Assembly (NCBI GenBank): GCA_030065975.1
Contig: JASJCN010000010.1
Coordinates: 1 to 63,196, forward strand
Source: Myxococcota bacterium
GTDB lineage: Bacteria; Myxococcota_A; UBA9160; UBA6930
Direction of reading: 5' to 3'
DNA length: 63,196 nucleotides
The notes beneath the pieces were generated by a model. That model was not told the DNA's origin. It made no database searches and saw nothing but the letters and a program-made list of their open reading frames with translations. A program made the translations under genes and the position numbers. Positions 62,640 to 63,196 of this stretch are shown piece by piece (within the stretch, counting starts at the first letter, position 1; the number at the start of each line of letters is the position of its first letter).

Positions 62640-63196
62640 GTGAAGGCAGCCAGCAACCCCCGTTCCCGCTCCGATCGCCCGGAGCCGTGTCGGCTGCGCG
62701 CCCTCGGGCTGGTGAGCCCCCTGGGCGGCGATGCCGCGTCCGCCTGGCCCCGATTCGTGGCCGGCGACCTCGGCGGCCTGCGCGAGCGCTCGGATCTCGT
62801 GCCCGGGCAGACGCTCTGGGTCGGCGAGGTATGTGGTGAATTACCTACGATTCCACCGCCCCTGTCTCGCTTCGCCTGTCGCAACAACGCCCTGGCCCTG
62901 GCCGCCCTCGAGGGGCTGCGGCCGGAGTGGGAGGCGGTCCAGGGCGTGGCTCCCGAGCGCATCGGCGTGGTGGTCGGGACGAGCACCTCGGGCGTCTCGG
63001 ACGCCGAGACGGCGCTGGCCACCCACCTCGAGACGCAGGCCTTCACGCCGGACTTCGACTACGCCCAGCTCGAGTTCGGCGGCCTGGCGGGATTCGTCGC
63101 CGCCTGTGTCGGGGCTCGGGGGCCGGCCTACACCCTGTCGAAGGCCTGCTCGAGCGGAGCCCGTGCGCTGGCGAGCGCGCGCTCCCTGCTGCGGCT
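62640..63196 (+). CDS. Beta-ketoacyl-ACP synthase, aryl-polyene ApeO/FabB-like (3' truncated by the window)
   Basis: Manual translation gives RNNALAL, RIGVVVGTSTSG, FDYAQLEFG and GPAYTLSKACSS (catalytic Cys). The start is approximate. Confidence 0.82.
   Translation, partial: MKAASNPRSRSDRPEPCRLRALGLVSPLGGDAASAWPRFVAGDLGGLRERSDLVPGQTLWVGEVCGELPTIPPPLSRFACRNNALALAALEGLRPEWEAVQGVAPERIGVVVGTSTSGVSDAETALATHLETQAFTPDFDYAQLEFGGLAGFVAACVGARGPAYTLSKACSSGARALASARSLLR

Overview
Very GC-rich bacterial DNA (about 70% by eye). Gene content suggests Myxococcota or a related Deltaproteobacteria-like lineage; this is an inference. The window is densely coding, with about 50 CDS. No rRNA, tRNA, CRISPR array or transposase was recognised. 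Recognisable genes include an NrsF anti-sigma factor, GST, RidA, a steroid-dehydrogenase-like cluster, OxyR, a GH2 beta-galactosidase, an MddA-type methyltransferase, an RND pump with MarR, malic enzyme, sdhCAB, a molybdopterin oxidoreductase, an ABC transporter, a GGDEF-EAL protein, a class III cyclase, a di-heme beta-propeller protein, a Ser/Thr kinase and a partial ketoacyl synthase. The main result not shown by the ORF track is three separate genes with an in-frame TGA at the catalytic redox position, each followed by a SECIS-like hairpin with GU in the loop. They are an ArsC-like UxxC protein (39425-39766), an exported Cys-free BCP peroxiredoxin (58295-58879), and a PRXL2/SelU-like UxxC domain fused to a DHRS12-like short-chain dehydrogenase (51951-53489). 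Other notable items: a catalytically degenerate OLD-type ATPase-TOPRIM protein divergent from SprT, a split HTTM/gamma-carboxylase-like gene pair, a sigma-28-type promoter ahead of a 58-aa PEP-CTERM-like mini-protein, a CGLGFE C-terminal sorting signal, two VWA paralogs, two MarR operator sites, and frequent leaderless promoter geometry.
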